A stretch of DNA of 50,641 bases, taken from an uncultured Candidatus Saccharibacteria bacterium. Its GTDB lineage: Bacteria > Patescibacteriota > Minisyncoccia > Phycocordibacterales > VMEP01. Under the pieces are notes generated by a model, which saw only the letters and a program-made list of their open reading frames with translations, searched no databases and was not told where the DNA came from. The DNA lies in assembly GCA_964414265.1 (NCBI GenBank), contig CAYPVT010000001.1, positions 1 through 50,641 of the forward strand, written 5' to 3'. Made by a program: the position numbers and the translations under genes. Below, piece after piece: positions 19,857 to 27,806 of this stretch (position 1 is the stretch's first letter; the number at the start of each line of letters is the position of its first letter).

Positions 19857-20213
19857 TTACTGCGTTGCATTAGGGGTGGCCTGTGGTGCTTGTGCCGGCT
19901 CAGCCCCCACGGAAATAAATGGATTCTGTCTGCCCACTTGCTCCTCGGTCAAATTAACACTGTAGTCTTGTAACCCAGTGAAAGAGGGTTCAGAGAAGAA
20001 ATTTTTATCTATTCTAATAGTTTTTAAGTTGCCTAATATTTTCAAGATTTGATTTCCCGTAGTGTTATCAGGCTGATTCATTTCAACAGCAGATGGTGTC
20101 GACGAAATAGATTCATTTGATCCGTCAGATTTTAAGAAAAAAGAATAAATAAGAAAACTAGCTCCTATTATTACCCCGGCTATTACTATATTTTTTATAT
20201 TTTTGGAAATCAT
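19857..20213 (-). CDS. Hypothetical membrane-anchored pilus-cluster protein (PilP position)
   Basis: 118 aa with an N-terminal TM helix. Sits between pilO-like and pilB. No motif recognised. Confidence 0.5.
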   Translation of the reverse strand: MISKNIKNIVIAGVIIGASFLIYSFFLKSDGSNESISSTPSAVEMNQPDNTTGNQILKILGNLKTIRIDKNFFSEPSFTGLQDYSVNLTEEQVGRQNPFISVGAEPAQAPQATPNATQ

Positions 20214-20217
20214 ATAT

Positions 20218-20811
20218 TTACTTTAACCAAAAGGTACTAAGCTCAATTCTAAAGGTATACAAATCTTTATCTTGCGAAGAAGCCGGGGCATCAAACAAAA
20301 CAGATTTTATTTCGACTAAACGCAAACTGGTTTCTATTTCTTTTAGGAAAGAAACGCAGGTTTTATACGACGCGACTGTAGTAAAACCAAGAGTGACTGT
20401 CCCGTATTCATTATTTCCGCCGGTAGTGCTTGGTGCGGCGCCCTTTTGTCCCATCTGAGAGCTATCGGTCTTCTTATCTCCACTACCAGGGGTGCTACCA
20501 AATTCAATTGCACGAAGCACTATTCCGTATCTTTTGGCAATATTATTAATTTCAATTATAAGACGGATGTTATCAATATTACTTGGGAGTAATTTTTCTA
20601 GTTTATCTTTTTGTTCTTGTGGAATTTCATTAACGGTAGCCAAAAGATCGTTTTTTTGACCTAAAATAATCTTTGAGTTGTCGAGTGCCTCGTTATAGTC
20701 TGAAAGCTCGATCTTCTCTGTTTTTATTTTCTGATAATGAGGGTTAATAAAAGTGAAGAACATCAAGACCGATGTAGAGAGCAATAAAATTGGGAAAATT
20801 ACTTTAAGCAT
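20218..20811 (-). CDS. PilO-like pilus biogenesis protein
   Basis: N-terminal TM helix, coiled coil, C-terminal ferredoxin-like segment. Gene order is pilM-N-O. Confidence 0.6.
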   Translation of the reverse strand: MLKVIFPILLLSTSVLMFFTFINPHYQKIKTEKIELSDYNEALDNSKIILGQKNDLLATVNEIPQEQKDKLEKLLPSNIDNIRLIIEINNIAKRYGIVLRAIEFGSTPGSGDKKTDSSQMGQKGAAPSTTGGNNEYGTVTLGFTTVASYKTCVSFLKEIETSLRLVEIKSVLFDAPASSQDKDLYTFRIELSTFWLK

Positions 20812-20814
20812 GTT

Positions 20815-21435
20815 TTAAAATTTAAAATCTTCACTACCACCACTTAATCGTAATAATTGGTCACGGTAAGAAATAACAGTTGGGTCAAGGGTAATTTCTA
20901 CTTTAAAAATAACGTTGCCTTTTTCGTCCAAGTTGATATTTGAAAAGACGTTACCTTTAATGTTCTTGTTTTTAGCAAACTCAGATGACTGCAAGGCAAG
21001 AGTTTCGTAATTTTTTGCTTCTCCATCCAAATCTACCTTCACCACGCCCTTAAGGTCATTGGAGTATTCAAACTTATTAAATCGCACACTTTTTAAGGTT
21101 TCGTTTTGTAGTAATTCAAAAACTGGCGAGACCACAGTGTGTCTTTGAACTAGATTTTTAGACATTTCGATTCTTCTGCCTAATAACTTCAAATTCTCTA
21201 TAGTTGGTATTTCAAAAGCTCCTTGTGCTCTTTTTAAACTATCACTAGCACTTTGTATATCGTTAGATAATTTTTTCTCATAAAGAAAAACTCCAGCACC
21301 GCCAAGAACGGCAACCAGAAAAATAAAAACTGAGATAATAAGAAAAACCCCAACAGGTTTCTCACCCCCGTTCCCTTCTTTAACCAAAGACTTCCTTGGT
21401 ATAAATGATGTTTGATTTTGTGATGGGTAATCCAT
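20815..21435 (-). CDS. PilN-like pilus biogenesis protein
   Basis: Short cytoplasmic N-terminus, single TM helix (VGVFLIISVFIFLVAVLGGAGVFL), periplasmic-type domain. Directly follows pilM. Confidence 0.6.
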   Translation of the reverse strand: MDYPSQNQTSFIPRKSLVKEGNGGEKPVGVFLIISVFIFLVAVLGGAGVFLYEKKLSNDIQSASDSLKRAQGAFEIPTIENLKLLGRRIEMSKNLVQRHTVVSPVFELLQNETLKSVRFNKFEYSNDLKGVVKVDLDGEAKNYETLALQSSEFAKNKNIKGNVFSNINLDEKGNVIFKVEITLDPTVISYRDQLLRLSGGSEDFKF

Positions 21436-21466
21436 TGAATTACGAGGTGCCTAATATAAAAATTTT

Positions 21467-22618
21467 TTAATCAAGTTCTTGTAGTCTTCTTAGAGCCAAA
21501 CCTATTGCCACAGCAAACTCTGGTCCAGCCTCTTTTAATACATCCATTAAAAATGCAGGGGCTTCAACTTTTGAAAATGGATCTCCATAAAGAACTTCGG
21601 CTTCTAGATTTTTTTCTGCCGCTTCTTTAAACCCTTTTAAAAGAACGCCACCGCCGATAAGGATAACTTTCGAGACAGTTTTATTATATTTCCTTTCGTA
21701 GTTTAATAATATCCTATTCGCTTCGGAAAATACATACTCAAGAACTGTGGATGAGATTTCGGCGACAACTTTTCCTTCTTCGGTCTCTGTTTGAGACAGT
21801 CCGTACAAACGCTTTAATTCTTCCGCGCGTGAAGATGATACCCCAAGAGAATTTGAAATGTTCATAGTGATGTCTTGTGAGCCTCTATTTATTATGTGCG
21901 AGCTTTGCATGATTCCTCTTTCCACAATAGAAAGCTTGGTCATTCCAGCACCCATATCAAAAAGCATTGTTGGTACCAAGTCGTGTCCAAAAGTAGAACG
22001 AACTGTGCTGAAAACCTCTATTTCAAAAAATCCGGCATTTAAACTGTTTAAAGTTGCCACGCTTTTTAGCTTCATAAGAACTTCATTGTGAATTGCAGCA
22101 ATCAACACATCGGCCTTCTGAACCCTCGCCCCTGCAGTAATACTCGATTTTTCAGATTCACTAACTTCAGTTGTTGCGCTATCAAACTTTGGAATAATCC
22201 ACCAATCAAGCGTGACTTCGGAAATTGGCACGGGAATATATTTTCTCGCCTCAATCGGAATAATTTCTTGAAGTTGTTTTTCTACGAGATATGGAATTTC
22301 CACGAAAGAGATAAGACTCCCAGAAAGTGGAATTGCGATTGCGCTCTCTTTTGTTGTTACGTTGGCCTCACGAAAAATATCCGCTACCGCTTGGGCAACT
22401 TTCTCCGCAGAAAGGTTGGTCATCCGGCCAACCTCAAGACCAGCGATTGGTCCCAAGGCAAGCTCGCCATATGTTTCAAGCACGGCCCGCCCGCCTTTCT
22501 TCTTAAGTTGCACAACTTTAACAAAAGAAGAGCCGATATCGATACCAACAACACTCTGGCTTCTTTTAGCGAAGCCCGATTTAAGTGACCCGAGAATTTT
22601 GTTGAAGGGATTATCCAT
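21467..22618 (-). CDS. pilM: Type IV pilus assembly protein PilM (actin-like ATPase fold)
   Basis: 383 aa. VGIDIGSSFVKVV and DMGAGMTKLSIV phosphate-binding motifs of the FtsA/PilM family. Confidence 0.88.
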   Translation of the reverse strand: MDNPFNKILGSLKSGFAKRSQSVVGIDIGSSFVKVVQLKKKGGRAVLETYGELALGPIAGLEVGRMTNLSAEKVAQAVADIFREANVTTKESAIAIPLSGSLISFVEIPYLVEKQLQEIIPIEARKYIPVPISEVTLDWWIIPKFDSATTEVSESEKSSITAGARVQKADVLIAAIHNEVLMKLKSVATLNSLNAGFFEIEVFSTVRSTFGHDLVPTMLFDMGAGMTKLSIVERGIMQSSHIINRGSQDITMNISNSLGVSSSRAEELKRLYGLSQTETEEGKVVAEISSTVLEYVFSEANRILLNYERKYNKTVSKVILIGGGVLLKGFKEAAEKNLEAEVLYGDPFSKVEAPAFLMDVLKEAGPEFAVAIGLALRRLQELD

Positions 22619-22703
22619 AACCTAAAAATCAATTACAATTACAATAGCCATGTTTGAAAAGTCTTTTTAAAAGTATAACATAAAAAAGTTTAAAAAATTT
22701 GCG

Positions 22704-23393
22704 ATGTTTAATGTTAATTTAAAAAAACTAACCGGTTTATTGCAGCCCTTTTCTTTTTTGCTATCAAACACCCTCTACCCCATTTCTTGTGTTGGTTGTG
22801 GGGAAAAAGAGGTTGGTTTATGCGCAAAATGCCTTGCCGTTTTACCGCCACCAGATTTTAAACAAGAAGAGGAGGTTGTTGCTGTATTTTCTTACCAGAA
22901 CAAAATAGTTAAAAGAGTTATCTGGAAACTAAAGTACAGAAATGGCAGATACTTAGCTCCAATTTTAGCCGAAGCTCTTTATGAAAGATTACTTCCAGAA
23001 CTTGCTGATCTAAAATTAATAAAAAACTGGAGTGATTCAATTTTGATTCCCATCCCACTTTCTGCAAAACGTTTTAAGAAACGAGGATATAACCAAGCGG
23101 AACTTTTGGCGGAAGCTTTAATTGAAAAAGATGCGGGAGAAAACTTCACACTTAAAAAAGACGTCCTTCTTCGCGCGATTGATACAAAACCACAAGCAGA
23201 AATAAAAAATAAAGGGGAAAGAAAAAATAATGTTCGTGGTTGTTTTACTGTTAAAAACAAAAATTTAGTGCGCGGGAAAAATATAATTTTAATAGATGAT
23301 GTTTCAACTACTGGCGCAACCCTCTATGAGGCAGGGAAAGCTCTCAAAAAATCTGGAGCAAGGAATTTTTTAAAAATCACTGTGGCAAAATAA
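22704..23393 (+). CDS. comFC: ComF-family phosphoribosyltransferase (competence protein ComFC)
   Basis: N-terminal C..CG...C.KC zinc finger. RGYNQAELLA and the PRTase loop IILIDDVSTTGATL. Confidence 0.88.
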   Translation: MFNVNLKKLTGLLQPFSFLLSNTLYPISCVGCGEKEVGLCAKCLAVLPPPDFKQEEEVVAVFSYQNKIVKRVIWKLKYRNGRYLAPILAEALYERLLPELADLKLIKNWSDSILIPIPLSAKRFKKRGYNQAELLAEALIEKDAGENFTLKKDVLLRAIDTKPQAEIKNKGERKNNVRGCFTVKNKNLVRGKNIILIDDVSTTGATLYEAGKALKKSGARNFLKITVAK

Positions 23394-23479
23394 CATTGGC
23401 TCAACTAATAAAAATGTGTTAAGTTTTCTCATATCGGCGGTGAAATAAAAAATGGGCGTGCAATGTTTATACAATATAT

Positions 23480-23566
23480 GGAGACGTGGCTGAGTGGTCG
23501 AAAGCACCTCACTGCTAACGAGGCGTCCCTTAATCGGGACCGTGGGTTCGAATCCCACCGTCTCCG
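23480..23566 (+). tRNA. tRNA-Ser(GCU)
   Basis: GGAGACG...CTGCTAA anticodon loop, long variable arm CGTCCCTTAATCGGGACCG, T arm GTGGGTTCGAATCCCAC, acceptor CGTCTCC-G. No encoded CCA. Confidence 0.92.
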
Positions 23567-23616
23567 TAAAATAAGGAACAAAATGTGAAGCATTTTGTGA
23601 CTATATTTTTCGTAAA

Positions 23617-23737
23617 GACGGTGGGGTTCGAAAGGCGGAGCGGGCACCTGTTCAGCAGAACAGGTCGCGAGCCGTGGTCAAGAAATTTTACGAGCGACGG
23701 TGAGTAAAATATTCGTGACCGAATCCCACCGTCTCCG
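23617..23737 (+). repeat. 3H structured element, tRNA-Ser-linked copy a
   Basis: GACGGTGGGGTTCGAA-A-GGC-GGA-[hairpin with CAGCAG loop]-GA-GCC-GTG-[GGTCA...TGACC hairpin]-GAATCCCACCGTCTCCG. The flanks are the complement and a copy of the tRNA-Ser 3' end. Confidence 0.8.
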
Positions 23738-24026
23738 TTTTGAAGCTCCGTGAAAAACGGAGACGAGCGAGCAAACTGCCCGCCCGGATAAATCCGTTCG
23801 GACGGGCTTTGCTCGCGTGTGGGATTCGAAAGCCGGAGCATGTCGCAAAGCGACAGCGAGGCGGGCTTAATTGCGATAAGTGAAGCAATTGAGAGACGGA
23901 GGCTGGCGAGCCGAGTCGGGGTCGCACAAAAATTCAGCAGAATTTTATGTGTGACCGCGGAAATTTCAGCAGAAAATTATCTGTGACCGAAACCACCGTC
24001 TCCGTTTTGAAGCTCCATTGACTTTT
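23738..24026 (+). repeat. Composite 3H array (two cores plus an extra CAGCAG hairpin), tRNA-Ser-linked copy b
   Basis: Anti-3'-end hairpin CGTCTCCGTTTT...AAAACGGAGACG, a stem AGCGAGCAAACTG[28-nt GC hairpin]CTTTGCTCGCGTG, cores at 23831-23865 and 23895-23956, a hairpin at 23957-23988, then GAAACCACCGTCTCCGTTTTGAAGCTCC. Confidence 0.75.
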
Positions 24027-24117
24027 ACACATAAACGTGCTACCATAATCAACAGTAAGATTCCTTAAATATTTCCCTCTTTTCACTTGATTTTCACCCG
24101 CTAGGAGGTGGGTTAAA

Positions 24118-24570
24118 TTGGCTAATCAAAAACCAGACGAGACAGCCGGTATCGGCGCATCTGTCGTTGCTGTAATTGACGAGAATACGGGGCGATTTGC
24201 CTTGGTCCTCGACAAGACGAAACCTGAACCGCATTTCTGGAAGTTCCCTGGCGGAAAAATCGACAAGGGGGACGTCGACCCAAGACATCCGTACGACGAC
24301 CAGTTGGCGGCAGACAATGCCGCGGTACGGGAAGTCGTGGAGGAGACCGGCGTAAAAGTTCTGGTATCCAGGCTCGGGAAAATCGACAAGAGAACCCACG
24401 TGCAATATCTCTACGTCGGACTTGGTGATTTTGCAGATCTCGTGGCAACTGGCGACGAGGGAGAAATCGTGAAGGCGTTCTCCCTTGACCAGATCAAGGA
24501 GCTCCAGAACTTTTTTCCAAACCATTTGCCGATCCTGGGAATGGCGCTGAACTTGGTCGGCTGGGAATAA
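24118..24570 (+). CDS. NUDIX hydrolase (atypical long Nudix-box loop), in a high-GC patch
   Basis: GGKIDKGD...AVREVVEETGV Nudix box. TTG start preceded by AGGAGGTG at 24103-24110. Local GC is about 52% against about 35-40% in the flanks. Confidence 0.82.
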   Translation: MANQKPDETAGIGASVVAVIDENTGRFALVLDKTKPEPHFWKFPGGKIDKGDVDPRHPYDDQLAADNAAVREVVEETGVKVLVSRLGKIDKRTHVQYLYVGLGDFADLVATGDEGEIVKAFSLDQIKELQNFFPNHLPILGMALNLVGWE

Positions 24571-24592
24571 AACATCCAATCTGACCTTAAGA

Positions 24593-24631
24593 GGCGTGTG
24601 CAGGGAAACCTGCATGCGCCTTTTTGTTTTT
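24593..24631 (+). terminator. Rho-independent terminator of the NUDIX gene
   Basis: GGCGTGTGCAGG-GAAA-CCTGCATGCGCC 12-bp stem followed by TTTTTGTTTTT. Confidence 0.85.
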
Positions 24632-24678
24632 AAGATAAAAAATTATGATATGCTGAAACAAATTATAGATAAGATACT

Positions 24679-25275
24679 ATGAAAACCCTCCTTTTAAGTT
24701 ATTTAATCTCCTGGAAAATCTCTGCTTATTTCGGCGCCTTCGTCTTAATCATGATTGAGGGGGATGTTGTTGTTTTCGTTTCCGCCTTTCTTACAAGACA
24801 GGGATTTTTTTATCTTCCCTATATCGCGCCCCTTCTTATTTTAGGCGCACTCATTGGAGATTTTTTATGGTACTCATTAGGAAAATTTATCAGCCGATAT
24901 CCGGAAAGGTTGCCGTCTAAAATAATTAGTAATATAACTAAACGTTTCGATGATGGCATTATGAATCGTACAGACACCCTCCTTATGGCCACGAAATTTA
25001 TCTATGGCACCAACCGCATAACCCTGATTCGTTCAGGCATGCTTAATGTTCCAATTAGAAAATTTTTTAATGCCAACATAAAAGCAGTGCTTGTTTGGAT
25101 TTTTATAGTCGGAGGAATTGCTTATGCCACAAGCGCTTGGATACCTCACCTTAAACATTATTTCCGCTACGCTGAAATCGGTCTTGCCTTAGGTCTTCTT
25201 CTTTTCCTTGTGGTTGAACGTCTTATCACCACGATTTTTGAGGAAAATATTCTTGGTACTAACAAGAAAAATTAA
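24679..25275 (+). CDS. DedA-family (VTT domain) membrane protein
   Basis: 198 aa, polytopic. GDFLWYSLGKF and KFIYGTNR resemble DedA signature segments. Confidence 0.7.
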   Translation: MKTLLLSYLISWKISAYFGAFVLIMIEGDVVVFVSAFLTRQGFFYLPYIAPLLILGALIGDFLWYSLGKFISRYPERLPSKIISNITKRFDDGIMNRTDTLLMATKFIYGTNRITLIRSGMLNVPIRKFFNANIKAVLVWIFIVGGIAYATSAWIPHLKHYFRYAEIGLALGLLLFLVVERLITTIFEENILGTNKKN

Positions 25276-25307
25276 CCTCAATGAGTTTGCTATACTAAAA
25301 GCCACGT

Positions 25308-27467
25308 ATGCAAACAACCTTTGAAGAAAAAACTCCAATATCTTCTCTTTTTAGGTTAAACCAATCTCAAAAGGAAGCTCTTGTTAAACTAAAAATAATA
25401 ACGGTAAGAGATCTTCTTTATCACCTTCCCTCGCGCTATATAGACTTTGGTTCGTCTCAAGCAATTTTATCTTCTCGTTCTGGCGACCGAGTTATTTTTT
25501 TTGGGAAACTAACTAACCTCAAAACAAGCAAAGCCTTCCGAAAAAAAATTCCGATGGCCGAAGGCACTCTCACCGACCACACAGGCCCAATAAAAATAGT
25601 TTGGTTCAACCAACCATATCTTGCAAAAATGATTCCCGCTGAATCTTCCGTGAGAGTAAGTGGTGTTATTTCAGAAAGAAATGGTTCGAGATATCTAGCA
25701 AACCCAGATATAGAGCGTGTTGCGAGCCTTCCTCTTCAAAACGGGCTATTAGGCGAGGCAGTCACAACCGAAAGCATGATTCCTGTATACGAGGAAAGTA
25801 AGGGAATCTCTTCTTTGTGGTTTCAGCACTCAATAAGAAAATTACTTCAGGCAAATTTTTTAAATACCCTAGATGATCCAATCCCAAGCGAAATTCTTAC
25901 AAAATACAAACTTCCGCAACTAAAAGATGCGCTCATTTTTATACACAATCCAAAAAATGAATCTCACGCTTCTGCGGCGCGCAAACGTTTCGCTTTCGAA
26001 GAAGTTTTTTTCATCCAACTACAACGACAACAAGCGAAATTTGAATTTGAGAAAAATAATTCATTTGTTATAGAACCCGACAAAGAAGATGTTCAAGAGT
26101 TTATTGAACGCTTCCCTTTTGAAGCAACCGAGGCGCAGAACAACGCAATAAAAGACATCTTGGAAGATTTCAAAAGTGGAAAACCAATGTCGCGCCTACT
26201 TGAAGGAGATGTTGGCTCTGGAAAAACTGCTGTTGCGGCAGCTGCCTCTTACGCAGTTATTTCCACAAGCCCTAAAGAAAACCACGCCGCCAGAACGCAG
26301 GTTGCTTATATGGCACCAACTGAAATATTGGCTTCTCAACATTTTGAATCCTTCATAAAATATTTTACCCATATGAATATCTCTGTTGGTTTAATTACTG
26401 GTTCAGGGTGTAGAAAATTTCCATCAAAAGTAAATCCGAATTCTTGGACGAACATCTCAAGAACTCAATTTCTGAAATGGGTGGCGAACGGAGAAATTCC
26501 AATCGTCATTGGAACACACGCCTTAATACAAAAAAGTGTTTCTTTTAAAAACTTGGGTTTGGTTGTTATTGATGAGCAACATCGATTCGGCACAAACCAG
26601 CGAATGCGTCTCGCTCGCAAAGATACTTCCGCTCCACACCTTCTTTCAATGACCGCAACTCCAATCCCCCGCACGCTCGCACTAACCGTCTATGGAGACT
26701 TAGATTTAACACTAATAGATGAAATGCCTGTCGGGCGAAAACAAGTTATTACAGAAATTGTCACCAAAGGAAAACGCGAAAAAGTTTATGAAAAAATCCA
26801 AGAAGAAATTACTGCCGGTAGGCAGGCATATATAATTTGTCCACGAATTGATGAGCCAGACCCTGATAAATCAATGGCGCTAAATGCGAAGTCGGTAACA
26901 GCCGAAGCTAAGCGGTTAAAGAAAAGTGTTTTCCCAAAATCTACTATTGGAATTTTGCACAGCAAGATGAAGCGCGAAGAACGCGACCGAGTGATGGAGG
27001 ATTTCCTTTTGGGAAAAATGAATATTCTGGTTGCAACTTCTGTGGTAGAGGTTGGGTTGAATGTTCCCAATGCGACTTCAATTATTATTGAGGGTGCTGA
27101 AAGGTTTGGGCTAGCTCAACTTCACCAACTTCGCGGACGAGTCCAGCGAAGTAGTCATCAATCATATTGTTATTTATTCCCTGAATCAGATAACGAGAAA
27201 TCAAAAGCTCGACTAAAAGCAATTACTGAAGCGAAAAATGGATTTGAGCTTGCTGAACTTGATTTAAAACTACGTGGCCCAGGAGAACTCTCTGGCGGAA
27301 AACAATGGGGGCTTTCTGATATTGGAATGGAAGCTCTAAAAAATCTTAAAATGGTGGAGGCAGCGCGAGAGGAAGCAAAGAAAATAATTATTGAAAACAA
27401 ACTCACTAAATATCCTAGACTTAAAGAAAAACTAGCCGAAAAAGAAGCGACAATACATTTTGAGTAG
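25308..27467 (+). CDS. recG: ATP-dependent DNA helicase RecG
   Basis: N-terminal wedge/OB domain, Walker A GDVGSGKT, DEQH box (VIDEQHRFG), motif VI QLHQLRGRVQR. Confidence 0.95.
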   Translation: MQTTFEEKTPISSLFRLNQSQKEALVKLKIITVRDLLYHLPSRYIDFGSSQAILSSRSGDRVIFFGKLTNLKTSKAFRKKIPMAEGTLTDHTGPIKIVWFNQPYLAKMIPAESSVRVSGVISERNGSRYLANPDIERVASLPLQNGLLGEAVTTESMIPVYEESKGISSLWFQHSIRKLLQANFLNTLDDPIPSEILTKYKLPQLKDALIFIHNPKNESHASAARKRFAFEEVFFIQLQRQQAKFEFEKNNSFVIEPDKEDVQEFIERFPFEATEAQNNAIKDILEDFKSGKPMSRLLEGDVGSGKTAVAAAASYAVISTSPKENHAARTQVAYMAPTEILASQHFESFIKYFTHMNISVGLITGSGCRKFPSKVNPNSWTNISRTQFLKWVANGEIPIVIGTHALIQKSVSFKNLGLVVIDEQHRFGTNQRMRLARKDTSAPHLLSMTATPIPRTLALTVYGDLDLTLIDEMPVGRKQVITEIVTKGKREKVYEKIQEEITAGRQAYIICPRIDEPDPDKSMALNAKSVTAEAKRLKKSVFPKSTIGILHSKMKREERDRVMEDFLLGKMNILVATSVVEVGLNVPNATSIIIEGAERFGLAQLHQLRGRVQRSSHQSYCYLFPESDNEKSKARLKAITEAKNGFELAELDLKLRGPGELSGGKQWGLSDIGMEALKNLKMVEAAREEAKKIIIENKLTKYPRLKEKLAEKEATIHFE

Positions 27468-27483
27468 AGACTGGAAATATATG

Positions 27484-27557
27484 TCCGCCCTCCTGGATTC
27501 GAACCAGGGACCGCAGAGGTATAAGCTCTGTGCTCTAACCAACTGAGCTAAGGGCGG
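27484..27557 (-). tRNA. tRNA-Ile(UAU)
   Basis: CCGCCCT/TA/GCTCAGTTGGTTAGAGC/A/CAGAG-CTTATAC-CTCTG/CGGTC/CCTGGTTCGAATCCAGG/AGGGCGG-A. All stems are perfect and the anticodon is TAT. Confidence 0.9.
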
Positions 27558-27585
27558 ACGCATATTTTCAATCAAGTTCACTAGT

Positions 27586-27665
27586 TATTATAAGCACCTG
27601 TGCTCCCCGCCCGAACGACTGATGTCGTCCAGTCGGGCGGGTAACCAACTGAGCTAAGGGTGGAC
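27586..27665 (-). pseudogene. Duplicated tRNA-Ile 5' half split by a 36-nt GC-rich hairpin
   Basis: Sense read CCACCCTTAGCTCAGTTGGTTA-[CCCGCCCG...CGGGCGGG, 27606-27641]-GAGCACAGGTGCTTATAA. It matches the tRNA-Ile 5' half up to the anticodon loop and has no 3' half. Confidence 0.75.
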
Positions 27666-27806
27666 AAAAAACTCTAACTTAATCACATCAATAGAACGTA
27701 AATCGAAGTTTACATTTTCAAGAGAAACTGCACAAGTTTCCGTTCCAACTATAAAAACAACCTCTTAGACAAAATGTTATACTGACGGCTCAAAATACCA
27801 CACGAA

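Noticed and set aside
23370-23927. ORFs of 62-103 aa on the minus strand across the tRNA-Ser repeat region
   Set aside because: They overlap the tRNA and the structured repeats, have no start context or recognisable domains, and their protein-like openness is explained by the GC-rich repeat sequence.
23480-24026. Group I or archaeal-type intron inside tRNA-Ser (and inside the other tRNAs)
   Set aside because: Each tRNA gene is intact and uninterrupted. The T-loop-split sequences are extra partial copies downstream. The inserts are 60-120 nt and lack a group I core or a bulge-helix-bulge motif.
24094-24615. 173-aa, 108-aa and 87-aa minus-strand ORFs antisense to the NUDIX gene
   Set aside because: These are shadow ORFs caused by the locally high GC. 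Only the plus-strand frame has a Nudix box, a consensus RBS and a terminator.
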